This document shows positions 9,798 to 20,033 of a stretch of DNA of 64,000 nucleotides, piece by piece. The stretch covers positions 1,088,001 through 1,152,000 of the forward strand of contig CAVYSW010000003.1 in the NCBI GenBank assembly GCA_963771275.1, written 5' to 3'. This DNA is from an uncultured Gemmatimonadales bacterium. Lineage in GTDB: Bacteria; Gemmatimonadota; Gemmatimonadetes; Gemmatimonadales; GWC2-71-9. Positions within the stretch are counted from its first letter, which is position 1. Each line of letters begins with the position of its first letter. Made by a program: the position numbers and the translations under genes. The notes under the pieces are model-generated. The model was given only the letters and a program-made list of their open reading frames with translations. It had not been told where the DNA came from and did not search any database.

Positions 9798-10336
9798 GTC
9801 CGGTCGGGCTGCGCCGCACGCTGCACGTCGCATCGGCCGCCGTGCTGTTGCCGGCACTGCGCTCGAGTACCGCGCTCCGGCTCACCGTGCTCTGGGTCGC
9901 GGTGGTTGCCGCCCTCGTCGAGTTCGCCCGACTCGCCAGCCCCCGGGCGCACCGGTGGCTGGCGGCGCACCTGCCGGTCTACCGGCCCCGTGAGACGCGG
10001 CGCGCGAGCGGAGCCTTGTGGCTCGCCTTCGGGTATGCGATCGCGGGGTGGCTGCCGCTGCCGGCACCGGTCGCGGGAATCCTGGCCGGGGCCTTGGCCG
10101 ATCCCGCGGCCTCCTGGGCCGGCGCGCGGTGGGGCGCTGGAGCGCGCAAGAGCTGGGTGGGCAGCGCTGCGGCCCTCCTGGTGACGGTCGCCACGACGGC
10201 GGCGGTCGGTGCGGCCCCTGCGACGGCCCTCGCCGCAGGGCTGGTTGGGGCGGCGCTCGAGCGGTGGTCCGGGCCGATCGACGACAACCTGCTGGTGGCG
10301 CCTGGCGTCGCGGCCGCGGTTGCGTTCCTGGCTTGA
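9794..10336 (+). CDS. CTP-dependent kinase/cytidylyltransferase family membrane protein (dolichol/phytol kinase-like)
   Basis: RRTLH, ADPAASWAG, RKSWVGS and DDNLLV motifs; several hydrophobic helices; GTGA overlap. Confidence 0.75.
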   Translation: MSPVGLRRTLHVASAAVLLPALRSSTALRLTVLWVAVVAALVEFARLASPRAHRWLAAHLPVYRPRETRRASGALWLAFGYAIAGWLPLPAPVAGILAGALADPAASWAGARWGAGARKSWVGSAAALLVTVATTAAVGAAPATALAAGLVGAALERWSGPIDDNLLVAPGVAAAVAFLA

Positions 10337-10362
10337 CAGGCCGCGCTCCTGCAACGCAGAAT
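10333..10362 (+). promoter_or_regulatory. Sigma70-type promoter for the cold-shock gene
   Basis: TTGACA 10333-10338, 18 nt spacer, CAGAAT 10357-10362; SD AGGAGG 10391-10396. Confidence 0.6.
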
Positions 10363-10402
10363 AGCGCGACCGACCCCCCAAGACCTGCCGAGGAGGCGTG
10401 GC

Positions 10403-10600
10403 ATGCGCGGAAAGGTGAAGTGGTTCAACGACTCCAAGGGGTACGGGTTCATCGCCCCGGAATCCGGAGCGGACGTGTTCGTCCATTTCACGGCCATCCA
10501 GATGGACGGCTTCAAGACCCTCCGGGAAGGACAGGACGTAGAGTTTGACCTGGAGTCCCGTGACCGCGGCCAGCAGGCGAAGAACGTGACCTGCGTCTGA
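10403..10600 (+). CDS. Cold-shock (CSD) protein
   Basis: [33 protein letters not shown]. Confidence 0.97.
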   Translation: MRGKVKWFNDSKGYGFIAPESGADVFVHFTAIQMDGFKTLREGQDVEFDLESRDRGQQAKNVTCV

Positions 10601-10619
10601 ACCGGCCTGCTCGTCGGTG

Positions 10620-10655
10620 CGCCCCGCCGGTACGCCACCGGCGGGGCGTTTCGTT
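10620..10655 (+). terminator. Intrinsic terminator after csp
   Basis: 12-bp stem CGCCCCGCCGGT / ACCGGCGGGGCG, 5-nt loop, followed by TTTCGTT. Confidence 0.85.
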
Positions 10656-10676
10656 CCCGGTTAAGTTGATGCGGTC

Positions 10677-13436
10677 ATGTCGTCGGCTCCTGCCCCCCGC
10701 CTGTTTCTGATTGATGGCTACGCGCTGATCTACCGCGCGTTCTTCGCGATGATCGGCCGCCCGCTCACCACCAGCAAGGGCGAGAACACCTCGGCCGCCT
10801 GGGGGGTCGCGACCTTCCTGCTGCGGTTGTTTCGGCAGCACGCCCCCGAGCACGTCGCCTGGGTCCACGACGCCGGCACCTCGTTTCGCCATGAGGTCTA
10901 TCCCGCCTACAAGGCGACCCGGGAGAAGCTCGAGCCGGCCCTGCAGGAAGTATTCGATCGGTCGGTGGAGCGGGTCGGCCAGCTCCTGGCCGCGTTTCGC
11001 GTGCCGCTTGTCGCGCTGGAGGGCTATGAGGCCGATGACGTGATCGGCACCCTGGCCCAACGGGGGGCGGCGCGGGGGTGGCGCGTGGTCATCGTGTCCG
11101 GGGACAAGGACTTCTACCAGCTTGTTGCGCCCGGTGTCGCCCTGCTGAATCCCGGGCGCGGGGGCCCGGCGGCCGTGGACGAGCTGTGGGTGGACGAGAC
11201 CAATGCGGCCGAGCGGCTGGGGGTACCGCCGGAGCGCGTCGTGGACTACCTCGCTCTCGTGGGTGACGCGTCGGACAACGTGCCGGGCGTGCGCGGGGTC
11301 GGCGACAAGACGGCGCGACAGTTGATCGAGCAGTTCGGGAGCCTGGATGCCATCCTCGCCCGGGCCGGAGAGGTGTCGCTCAAGCGGGCGCGCGAGGCGC
11401 TGCTGGCGCATGCCGACGAGGCCCGGCTTTCCCGTGACCTCGTCACCATCCGGCGGGACGTGCCGATCGACATCAGCCTGGACTCGCTGGTCGCGGCCGC
11501 GCCGGACCGCGAGGCGCTGACCGCGCTCCTCTCGGAGTTGGAGTTCCACTCGCTGATCCAGCAGATCGCGGCGCCCCCCTCACCGCCGCCCCTGCCCCGG
11601 TCGTCCATGGAGCACCACGGCGTGGTGGTCGACACCGTGGCCGATCTCGATGGGCTGGTCCTGGCGCTGCGGGCCGGCGCACCGCTCGCCGTCGCAACCC
11701 TGGTGGAAGGCGCGGACCGCCTGCGCGGCGCGCTCGTCGGGATCGCGCTAGCGGTGCGGAACGGTGGCTGGTACCTGCCGTTCGGCCACCGCGCGCCGGC
11801 GGAGCTTGGTGCTGCGGAGCCGTCGAACCTGCCGGCGCTCGATACGCCGGCGCTGGCTTCGGTGGCGGCCGTGCTGCGCGACGCCGCGGTCCCGAAAGTG
11901 GGGCACGACGTCAAGCCGGACCTGTTGACCCTGCGTGGCGCCGGCATCGAGCTGCGCGGAGTGGTGGACGACACCATGCTGTCGAGCTTCGTGCTCGAGC
12001 CGGGTCGGCGCAGCTACGCGCTGGACCAACTCGTGTTCGAGCGCCTCGGCACGCAGGTGGCCTCGCTGGCCAGCCTCCAGGGAGCCGGCCGGAGCGCGCG
12101 GCCCCTCGCGGAGATGGCGCCCGCCGAGGTGGGGGGCGTCGCGGTCGCGCTCGCGCAGGCGACCCTCCGGCTGCGCGAGGCGCTGGCCCGGGAAGTCGAG
12201 GCGCTCGCCCTGGGTCCGCTCGTGCGGGACGTGGAGTTGCCGCTCGTGCGGGTGTTGGCGGACATGGAGTGGCGCGGCATTGCCGTGGACACCGAGCGCC
12301 TCGCGGCGCTGTCCCGGCTGTTCGCCGGCGAGCTGGCCGAGCTCGAGCGGCGGATCTGTGCCGATGCCGGCACGGACTTCAACATCAACAGCACGCCGCA
12401 GCTGCGACACGTCTTGTACGAGAAGCTGCAGCTCCCCGTGCTCAAGAAGACCAAGACCGGTCCGTCCACCGACGCCGACGTGCTGGCGGCGCTGGCCGAG
12501 ATGGGATTCTCTACGCCCACGCTGCTGCTCGAGTACCGTGAGCTCACCAAGCTGCGCTCGACGTACGTCGAGGTCCTGCCGACGCGCGTCAATCCCGCGA
12601 CGGGCCGGATTCACACGACGTTCAACCAGGCCGGTGCCGCGACGGGCCGCCTGTCGTCGCTCGAGCCCAATCTGCAGAACATCCCGGTGCGCACGCGACG
12701 CGGGGAGGAGATCCGCCGCTGTTTCGTGGCGTCCTCGGGGTCCCGGCTGATCGTCGCGGACTACTCGCAGATCGAGCTCCGGGTTCTGGCACACCTGTCG
12801 GGGGACGAGGCGTTCATCGCCGCATTTCGCCGCGGCGGCGACATTCACCGCGAGACGGCGGCGGTGATCTTCGACACGGAGCCCGCGGATGTGACGCCGG
12901 AGATGCGGGCCCGGGCGAAGACGATTAACTTCGCCACCATCTACGGGCAGGGCGCCTTCTCCCTGAGCCGGCAGCTCGGCATCTCGCAGGACGAGGCCCG
13001 CGACTTCATCGCCAGGTATTTCACGCGGTTCGCCGGCGTCCGGCGCTTCCTCGACGAGACTGTGGCGCGGGCGCGGGTGGCGGGCTATGTCGAGACGATC
13101 TTCGGCCGGCGGCGGTACATTCCCGAGCTGCAGGACCGCAACCGCAGCGTGCAGGCGTTCGGCGAGCGGACCGCCATGAACTCGCCGATGCAGGGCTCCG
13201 CGGCCGACATCATCAAGGTGGCCATGATCGGCCTGGCTGGCGCGTTGCGGGAGGGGCGGTATCGTGGGGGAATGCTGCTGCAGGTGCACGACGAGCTGGT
13301 GCTCGAGGCGCCGCTGGAGGAAGTCGGCGCCATCAGCGGGCTCGTGCGGCAGCACATGGAAGGCGCCGCCACGCTGGCCGTCCCTCTCGTGGTTGATCTC
13401 GGCGTTGGGGACAACTGGTTGGACGCCAAGCAGTGA
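10677..13436 (+). CDS. polA: DNA polymerase I
   Basis: LIDGYALIYRAFF, EADDVIGTL, ALVGDASDNVPGV, TGRLSS..PNLQNIP, DYSQIELR, AKTINFATIYG, LQVHDEL. Confidence 0.98.
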   Translation: MSSAPAPRLFLIDGYALIYRAFFAMIGRPLTTSKGENTSAAWGVATFLLRLFRQHAPEHVAWVHDAGTSFRHEVYPAYKATREKLEPALQEVFDRSVERVGQLLAAFRVPLVALEGYEADDVIGTLAQRGAARGWRVVIVSGDKDFYQLVAPGVALLNPGRGGPAAVDELWVDETNAAERLGVPPERVVDYLALVGDASDNVPGVRGVGDKTARQLIEQFGSLDAILARAGEVSLKRAREALLAHADEARLSRDLVTIRRDVPIDISLDSLVAAAPDREALTALLSELEFHSLIQQIAAPPSPPPLPRSSMEHHGVVVDTVADLDGLVLALRAGAPLAVATLVEGADRLRGALVGIALAVRNGGWYLPFGHRAPAELGAAEPSNLPALDTPALASVAAVLRDAAVPKVGHDVKPDLLTLRGAGIELRGVVDDTMLSSFVLEPGRRSYALDQLVFERLGTQVASLASLQGAGRSARPLAEMAPAEVGGVAVALAQATLRLREALAREVEALALGPLVRDVELPLVRVLADMEWRGIAVDTERLAALSRLFAGELAELERRICADAGTDFNINSTPQLRHVLYEKLQLPVLKKTKTGPSTDADVLAALAEMGFSTPTLLLEYRELTKLRSTYVEVLPTRVNPATGRIHTTFNQAGAATGRLSSLEPNLQNIPVRTRRGEEIRRCFVASSGSRLIVADYSQIELRVLAHLSGDEAFIAAFRRGGDIHRETAAVIFDTEPADVTPEMRARAKTINFATIYGQGAFSLSRQLGISQDEARDFIARYFTRFAGVRRFLDETVARARVAGYVETIFGRRRYIPELQDRNRSVQAFGERTAMNSPMQGSAADIIKVAMIGLAGALREGRYRGGMLLQVHDELVLEAPLEEVGAISGLVRQHMEGAATLAVPLVVDLGVGDNWLDAKQ

Positions 13437-13744
13437 CCACCTGGCGTGAGTTCGCGTTGTGGCGCGACGGGCTGGTGCACGCGATCGAGGGTGGCCTGTG
13501 GCTCCACCGGTTCACGCTGCGCGGCGAGCCGTGGGCGCACCTGGTGTCGGCCGATCGGCGCGCGCTGCTGGAGGCGGGGCAGCGACTGTCCCTGTCGCCC
13601 TACTGGCTGCAGTATCGGCCGCTCAAGGACCCCCGGTTTGCGGACCGGGTACGGGTAGATGCGTGGCACTGGGATCTGCGCCGCGAGCGGCTGGTGCGGG
13701 CGCTCACGCTCGCCGACCCGAAGGTCCCCTATCGCACGAAGTGA
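13433..13744 (+). CDS. Small hypothetical protein, DUF4031-like
   Basis: WAHLVSAD...L...W.Q...HWDL pattern resembles DUF4031; GTGA overlap with the polA stop. Confidence 0.55.
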   Translation: MTTWREFALWRDGLVHAIEGGLWLHRFTLRGEPWAHLVSADRRALLEAGQRLSLSPYWLQYRPLKDPRFADRVRVDAWHWDLRRERLVRALTLADPKVPYRTK

Positions 13745-13775
13745 TCTCGCACGACGCGGAACGCCGGAGCCCATC

Positions 13776-15239
13776 ATGTGTCTTCGTCATCGCTCGCCCG
13801 TCGTCGCGGCCACCGCCGTCTGGATGGTGCTCGCGATCGTCGCCTGCAACAACTCTCCGTTTGGTGATGTCGGCGAGGCCACCTCGGCGGAGATTGTGGG
13901 CGGCGACACGACGCTGTTCACGGGCGAGAGCGCGCAGTACAGCGTCGTGGCGGTCTATCCCATCGGGTCCGGAGGCCCGCGCTCGGTGGCATGGAGTGTC
14001 TCCGACACCACCAAGCTCGGCTTGGCTGCGCTGCCGGACTGGAGCGCGATCGTGACCGCGCGGGACACCGGCACAGCCACGGTCTACGGCTTCATCAATG
14101 GGGCGTTTCACGACAGCGTCCGGTTCACCATCGTGGGCCGCGGAGAGGTCCGCTGGCGCCGCACCCTCGCGGCAAACCCGACGCTGTACCAGGCGCTCGA
14201 TTCCGCTCAGGTGTACGCCACCACGACCGACAACCAGCTCGTCGTGGTGTCCGCGGCAGACGGCGCGCCGGTGCGCACGGCCGCGCTCTGCGCCGGCGCC
14301 CTCGGTCCCAGTATCGGGAGTGGGGGCGTGACGTCGGTGGCCCAAGACTGCGTGGCGCGCATCACGCGGACGGGCGGGCCGCTCTGGAGCGAGGCGTTCG
14401 GCCAGCCCGAGAGCGGCGTCGCGATTGGATCGGACGATGCGAGCCTCGTCGTGTCCGCCGAGGGCGCCGGCGGGAGCGCCGCCGTGGTGCTCAGCCGGAT
14501 CAGCGCGCTGGGCGTGACGGTCTGGCGCGATACCCTGGTCACGACCCTGCAACCCACCGGTGCGGCCCTGGCGATCGGCAGTGGTGGCGACATCTACGTT
14601 CCGTGGCGCACGGCGACCGACTCGAGCCGGCTGAGCGGGTTCACATCGGCGGGGGTAGCCGCGTGGACGCTCGAGTTGCCGGGCCGGGTGCGGCTCGCGA
14701 GCCCGGCGGTGGCCGGGACCCGGGTGATTGTCACCTACGATGGCGGCGTCCTCGCCGCGCTCACGACCGGTGACACCGTCTGGAGTCGCGCGTTCTCCGA
14801 TGCCGGTCCCGCGTTTTCCGCAACGGAAGCGGCGTCGTCACCTACGGTGGACGGCTCCGGCAACATCTACGTCCAGACACCACACGGACTCCTCAGCTAC
14901 AGCAGCGCGGGCGCGGTGCGTTGGGTGGCGGATTCGCTGGGTGGGGGTGACGCGACGCTGGGGGTCGGGGCGCCGGCGTTCCTGCGGGATGCCACGCTGG
15001 TCGTCCCGTGCGGCGGCGACGTGTGCGGCGTGGCCTCCACGAACGGATCCCGTCTGTGGCGGACCGCCTTGGGTGGGGTGATCGGGGGGGTGACGGTGGG
15101 CCCCGATGGCACCATCATCGTGCCCCGTCGCGTGGGCGGAGCCGGCGAGCTCGTTGGCCTATGGAACCGCTCAGGCCTGCACGTCTCAGGCTGGCCCACG
15201 GAGGGGTTCGACGCGGCCCGGTCGCGCCGCGTCCACTAG
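13776..15239 (+). CDS. Lipoprotein with Ig-like domain and PQQ-like beta-propeller repeats
   Basis: Lipobox IVA-C; VAWSVSDT Ig-type segment; repeated G.V.W / G..LW blades; ends GWPTEGFDAARSRR. Confidence 0.75.
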   Translation: MCLRHRSPVVAATAVWMVLAIVACNNSPFGDVGEATSAEIVGGDTTLFTGESAQYSVVAVYPIGSGGPRSVAWSVSDTTKLGLAALPDWSAIVTARDTGTATVYGFINGAFHDSVRFTIVGRGEVRWRRTLAANPTLYQALDSAQVYATTTDNQLVVVSAADGAPVRTAALCAGALGPSIGSGGVTSVAQDCVARITRTGGPLWSEAFGQPESGVAIGSDDASLVVSAEGAGGSAAVVLSRISALGVTVWRDTLVTTLQPTGAALAIGSGGDIYVPWRTATDSSRLSGFTSAGVAAWTLELPGRVRLASPAVAGTRVIVTYDGGVLAALTTGDTVWSRAFSDAGPAFSATEAASSPTVDGSGNIYVQTPHGLLSYSSAGAVRWVADSLGGGDATLGVGAPAFLRDATLVVPCGGDVCGVASTNGSRLWRTALGGVIGGVTVGPDGTIIVPRRVGGAGELVGLWNRSGLHVSGWPTEGFDAARSRRVH

Positions 15240-17536
15240 GGCTCGCGCGGGGGGCTCTCGGTGGCCGATCGGTCGTGGTGCCGCGCTCCCCGCGCTCCCC
15301 GCACGCCCGGCCACCAGTTCCAGTCCCCGGCGATGTGCATGAACGCCGGGACGAGCACCATGCGCACCAGCGTGGCGTCGAGCAGGACGGCGGCGGCCAG
15401 CCCGAAGCCGAACAGTTGCACGGCCAGCACCTGAGAACGCGCGAAGGTGCCGAACACGATGATCATGATCGCCGCCGCGCTCGTGATCACCGAGGCGGTG
15501 GCGCTGAGGCCCTCCATGGTCGCCTGACTGTTCTGTCCCGACCGGTCGAATGCCTCCTTGATCCGGGCGAGCAGGAACACCTCGTAGTCCATGCTCAAAC
15601 CGAACACCACGGCAAAGACGAGCACCGGCACGAGGACATAGATCGCCCCCGTCGCCTCCTCCAGTCCGAACAACCGTCCCCCGACGCCGTGCTGGAACAC
15701 GAGCACGATCAGCCCGAACGCCCCGGCGACGGAGAGACAGTTCATCACGACGGCCTTGATCGGCACGAACACCGACTCGAACGCGAGGAACATCGCGATC
15801 GCCGTGATTGCCAGGACCAGCGTGATCAACAAGGGAAAACGGCTCAGCAGCGTATCCTGGAGGTCCACGCTCGACGCCTGGAATCCGCCCACCAGCACGC
15901 GGGTGGAGTCGAGACCGGGGATCCCGGCGCTGCGCACCGCGCGAATGCGGCGTACGACGTCCATCGAGCCCGTGATCGACGTCGAATCCGCGAGGATCAC
16001 CGTCATCCGCGTGGTTTGACCGTCTCGGGAGAGATAGGTCCCGAGGAGCTCGGGATACCGCTCGCGGGCCCGGTTGAGGTCGCTGTAGAGAAGGGAATAC
16101 TGCAGCAGTGACATCCCGCGCTGGAGCGTGATGGCACTGCGGACGTCGCTCACCCGCGGATCGCTGGCGATCGAGTCCGCCAGACGCTGCAGCCCGCGCA
16201 GGTACCGGGTTCCCACGATCTTGGCCCCGTTGGGTGCCCGCACCACGACGTTGATCGGCTGCAGCACGCCCCGGGTCCCGATCCGGTCGAGCGTGTGTGC
16301 GCCCGCCGCCGATTCAGTCCGCTCCGGGAACCAGCCGGCCCTCGGCAATCCGATCCGGATGTTGGCGAGCGGCCAGGTGACGATCGCGGCGATCGCGAGT
16401 CCGATCAGCAGGGCGCGCCACGGGTGCTTGCCGAGAGTCCGGGCCCAGCGCTCCCATCCGGTCGGCGCGTGGTACCAGGCGAGCCTGCGCGCCAGACCAC
16501 GCGGGGCGTCGATCGCGCGGCCGAGCAGCGCGAGCACCGCCGGCAGCAGCGTCACCGAAAGTAGGACGCTGACGCTCACCACGATCACCCCCCCGACGGC
16601 CACCGACCGCGTCTCCATCACCGGCGCCACGAAGAGGCTGGCGAACCCGACGACCACCGTGAGTCCGCTGGTGACGACCGCGCGGCCCGCCGTCTGAATG
16701 GTGCGCTGGGCGGCGTCCCGGCGTCGCAGCCCGCGGTTCATCTCCTCGCGGAACCGCGTGACGATCAGCAGGGAGTAGTCGATCCCGACGCCCAGGCCGA
16801 TCATCGTCACGATGTTGAGGACGAAGACCGACATCGGCAGGAACGCGGCGGCCAGGTGGACGAGCGCGAGGCCGCACGTGATGGCGAACAGCCCCACCAC
16901 GAGCGGAAGCATCGCGGCGACCAACGCACCGAACGCCACCACGAGCACGAGCGCGGCGAGCGGGAGGGCACGGCGCTCGCCCCAGTCCGCGTCTTCCTTG
17001 CTGACCGTGCGGATGTCGAAATCCAGCGCCGGCCCGCCGGTCACGTTGATCGCGTAGTCGGCCCGCGCGGGCAGGCGGTCAGCGGCGCGGTGCACGGCCT
17101 CACGCAGCGTCGGTGTGACATCGGTCGCCGTATCGGCATCGGCCTTGTCGACCGCCGCCACGAGGAAGGTGGCCTTGCGGTCAGGACTCACGAGCGACGG
17201 GTCGTCCGTCGTCTGGGTGGAGAAGACCTGCGTGATGTACGGCTGCGCCCGCAGGACCGCCGCCAGGGTGGACAGGACCTGCTGGTAAGGCGGACTGTCG
17301 ACCGGCATCGGCCCGTCGATCGTGACGGCGAAGAAATGCGTGAAGGGTTGCGGGAAGTCGTCGCGGAGCAGCTCCGCCGCTTCGCGCGACTCGGTGTGGA
17401 ACAGCGGCCGCCCCTCGACATCGAGCACGCCGTGCACGCGCGACGCGCGCGGAATCGCAAACGCCGCCACCGCGACCCAGAACGCGATGACGAGGATACG
17501 GAACCGCACGATGGCGCGAGCCGCGGACGCGATCAC
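15236..17536 (-). CDS. MMPL family (RND superfamily) transporter
   Basis: GLGVGIDYSLLIVTRFREE, TAGRAVVTSGLTV, FGLSMDYEVFLLARIKE, VITSAAAIM, LLDATLVRMVLVPA; GTG 17536 with GAGGT SD. Confidence 0.93.
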   Translation of the reverse strand: MIASAARAIVRFRILVIAFWVAVAAFAIPRASRVHGVLDVEGRPLFHTESREAAELLRDDFPQPFTHFFAVTIDGPMPVDSPPYQQVLSTLAAVLRAQPYITQVFSTQTTDDPSLVSPDRKATFLVAAVDKADADTATDVTPTLREAVHRAADRLPARADYAINVTGGPALDFDIRTVSKEDADWGERRALPLAALVLVVAFGALVAAMLPLVVGLFAITCGLALVHLAAAFLPMSVFVLNIVTMIGLGVGIDYSLLIVTRFREEMNRGLRRRDAAQRTIQTAGRAVVTSGLTVVVGFASLFVAPVMETRSVAVGGVIVVSVSVLLSVTLLPAVLALLGRAIDAPRGLARRLAWYHAPTGWERWARTLGKHPWRALLIGLAIAAIVTWPLANIRIGLPRAGWFPERTESAAGAHTLDRIGTRGVLQPINVVVRAPNGAKIVGTRYLRGLQRLADSIASDPRVSDVRSAITLQRGMSLLQYSLLYSDLNRARERYPELLGTYLSRDGQTTRMTVILADSTSITGSMDVVRRIRAVRSAGIPGLDSTRVLVGGFQASSVDLQDTLLSRFPLLITLVLAITAIAMFLAFESVFVPIKAVVMNCLSVAGAFGLIVLVFQHGVGGRLFGLEEATGAIYVLVPVLVFAVVFGLSMDYEVFLLARIKEAFDRSGQNSQATMEGLSATASVITSAAAIMIIVFGTFARSQVLAVQLFGFGLAAAVLLDATLVRMVLVPAFMHIAGDWNWWPGVRGARGARHHDRSATESPPREP

Positions 17537-17710
17537 GCAGCTACCTCTGCCGACGGAGGAGTCCCTTCGGGCCGCCATGCGGTGCCACCGGCGTCGCGGT
17601 CCGAAAGCGGCCAACTGATTGCTGGGCCGAATGATAGAGGTCGGTGGGGCGGCACGCCAGCGCGGGTGACCCCGTGGCGGCGCGCTGGGCGCGGGACGAT
17701 ATTGAGAGCC

Positions 17711-18463
17711 ATGCGGAGTCCGGGTTCCCTGCTCAAGCTCTCGGTCGCCGTCGTCGCGGGCGGCGCGCTGGTCCTGCTCGGTCGGCGCCTAGGGGTGCCG
17801 GCGGCCCAGCCTCACCCCGCCGGCCTGCAGCAAAGCCAGTCACTCGGCGGTAGCGTGCGGGCCGATTCGGCCCGGGCGGTGCGTGCCGCCATCCTGCGTC
17901 ATGTCGCCGGCCCCGACTCGTACATCCCCGCGATGCTCGTGGAGGGCGACTCCGTGCTGAAGCGCTGGCCCGACCGCTCGGCACAGGGCATCAGGGTCTT
18001 CCTCGGCACCGCTCCGGCCGTGGATGGCTATACGGCCGAGAAGCGGGAGGAGGCGCGCCAGGCGTTCGTGCGCTGGGAGCGCGTCGCCGCGATCCCCGTG
18101 CGCTTTCAGTTCGTGAACGACTCGGCATCCGCCGAGGTGCGCGTCCGGTGGATCGAGCGGTTCCCGATTCGGCGAGCCGGTCAGGCCGACATCACGTGGA
18201 ATCGGGGTGGGTGGATCGTGCGCGGAACCCTCACGCTCGCGACGCGCACCCGGGACGGTACCCCGCTCTCCGACACCGCCGTCTACACGGTGGCGCTCCA
18301 CGAGATCGGGCACCTGCTCGGCCTGGGGCACTCCGACGATCCCCATGATGTGATGTACCCCTCGACCGAGGTCCACGACATCACCGCACGGGACCGGCAT
18401 ACGGGCCGACTGCTGTACTCCGTGCCGCCCGGGTCGCTGCGATTGGGCTTCAAGGGCGACTGA
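17711..18463 (+). CDS. Matrixin (M10)-family zinc metalloprotease
   Basis: HEIGHLLGLGHS...VMYP (HExxHxxGxxH plus Met-turn); N-terminal hydrophobic anchor. Confidence 0.9.
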   Translation: MRSPGSLLKLSVAVVAGGALVLLGRRLGVPAAQPHPAGLQQSQSLGGSVRADSARAVRAAILRHVAGPDSYIPAMLVEGDSVLKRWPDRSAQGIRVFLGTAPAVDGYTAEKREEARQAFVRWERVAAIPVRFQFVNDSASAEVRVRWIERFPIRRAGQADITWNRGGWIVRGTLTLATRTRDGTPLSDTAVYTVALHEIGHLLGLGHSDDPHDVMYPSTEVHDITARDRHTGRLLYSVPPGSLRLGFKGD

Positions 18464-18474
18464 GCCCACTGCGG

Positions 18475-19983
18475 CTACCGCCGGCCGCTTGGCACTCCGC
18501 CGATATCGACCGCCTGCGCCAGCAGGTACGCGTACTGCGCGTACCGTTCCAGCCCGACGAACGGGAACGCTTCGTCATACTCGTCGGCGGCCTGGTGGTA
18601 GTGGTCCCACCGCAAACGCAGCGCGTGGGAGGAATCGGCCGAGAGGCCTTCGTACGGCGCCGCGCCCGGCACGATGAACACGGCCGGCACCCCGTGCCGC
18701 GCGAACGGGAAATAGTCCGAGTTGGGGGTGGCCGGCGACACGGTGGCGCTCCAACCGTGTGCCAGCGCGACATCCTGTCCCAAGGCGCCCAGCGGCGATC
18801 CCTCGCCTCCGGCCAGGCGCCAGCTCCAGGGCCGGGCGGGCGGCGCGCCAGCATCGAGGTTGATCACGGCCCGGATCCGCTCCAACGGATAGACCGGGTG
18901 CGCGACGAAGTAGTCCGAGCCGAGCAGCCCGCGCTCTTCCGCGGTGAAGAACAGGAACAGCACCGCGTGGCGCAAGCCTCCCGCCGGGCTCTGGCGCAGG
19001 GCTTTCGCGATCGTCAGCAGCATCGCCACGCCGGCGGCGTTGTCCGAGAACCCGTTGTAGATCGAATCGCCGGCTTCATCGGCGACGCTGATGCCCAGAT
19101 GGTCGTAGTGCGCGGTGAGCGCGACGGCCGTATCCCGGACGCGCGCATCCGTTCCGGGGAGGAGGCAGGCGATGTTCCGCGCGGGGATCGGCTGGCGGTC
19201 GAACGCGGGCCGGAGGTCGATCACGCTTCCCCGGTCGGCCTGGAGCGCGGCGACCACCGCGTGGGCGACGCCCGGACCCACGAGCAGGGCCGGCACCGAC
19301 GGGTAGAACGACGACGCGATGCCCGGGTCGCGCAGAATCGTCATGGGCGTGCCCATGCTGGTGGCGTACGCGCGGTAGGTCGCGGTGTCCGGGATCAGCT
19401 GCACCAACCCGATCACGCCGCGGGCGGTCAGCAGTTCCGCCGCGCTCACCCGAAGCGGGCCGATCGTGACCGCGACTTTCCCCTCGAGCGGCGGCAGCGA
19501 GTCGGGTGCCCGCCGGATGTCGTCCCCGGTTCCGACGAACGCCATCTGGCCGGCGAATCCCGCCAGCGCCGCCTCGGTCCCCCCCACCGGGAAGAACCCG
19601 TCGGCCGGTGTGAGCGTCGCGGTATCCGTGCCGTGCCAGATGGTCAGCCGGGTCTCGGCCTCCCGCACCGCCGCCTGGTCGAGCGGGACGTCCTGACCGT
19701 AGCCACCCTCCAGCGGCCGCAGGCCAAGGGCGCGGCACTGCGCCGTGATGTAGAGCGCGGCCACATCGGCCCCCCGACTCCCCGTCCCGCGGCCCTCGAG
19801 CAGATCACCGGAGAGAAAGAAGGTGTGGCCCCGGAGCGCGAGGGTATCGATCAGGCCGGGTGCGAACCGGCGCTGGGGCCCGGCCCCTGGGGGCCCGCCC
19901 GGCTCCGGGGGCCCGCCCGGCCGGGGCATGCATGCCTCCACGATCAGTGCAAGCAGGACCGGACGGAGGTGCCGCGTGGGCAT
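18475..19983 (-). CDS. M28 family peptidase with PA domain (lipoprotein)
   Basis: LEGRGTGSRG, AHYDHLG, IYNGFSDNAAGV, TAEERGLLGS, NLD, NSDYFPF, YHQAAD. Confidence 0.92.
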   Translation of the reverse strand: MPTRHLRPVLLALIVEACMPRPGGPPEPGGPPGAGPQRRFAPGLIDTLALRGHTFFLSGDLLEGRGTGSRGADVAALYITAQCRALGLRPLEGGYGQDVPLDQAAVREAETRLTIWHGTDTATLTPADGFFPVGGTEAALAGFAGQMAFVGTGDDIRRAPDSLPPLEGKVAVTIGPLRVSAAELLTARGVIGLVQLIPDTATYRAYATSMGTPMTILRDPGIASSFYPSVPALLVGPGVAHAVVAALQADRGSVIDLRPAFDRQPIPARNIACLLPGTDARVRDTAVALTAHYDHLGISVADEAGDSIYNGFSDNAAGVAMLLTIAKALRQSPAGGLRHAVLFLFFTAEERGLLGSDYFVAHPVYPLERIRAVINLDAGAPPARPWSWRLAGGEGSPLGALGQDVALAHGWSATVSPATPNSDYFPFARHGVPAVFIVPGAAPYEGLSADSSHALRLRWDHYHQAADEYDEAFPFVGLERYAQYAYLLAQAVDIGGVPSGRR

Positions 19984-20033
19984 GGGGTCTGCTCCAATGG
20001 CGATTCGTGAACGTACCTTGCTAAGATAGTGGC

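Noticed and set aside
7524..9857. Long antisense and alternate-frame ORFs (e.g. 777 aa here; also 11748-13355, 25822-27666, 31386-33320, 56882-58705)
   Set aside because: Shadow ORFs expected in high-GC DNA opposite or overlapping well-supported genes; Arg/Pro/Gly-rich with no motifs
19885..19925. Short tandem repeat GGGGGCCCGCCCGG x2
   Set aside because: Encodes a PGGPP linker of the M28 lipoprotein; not a CRISPR or mobile repeat
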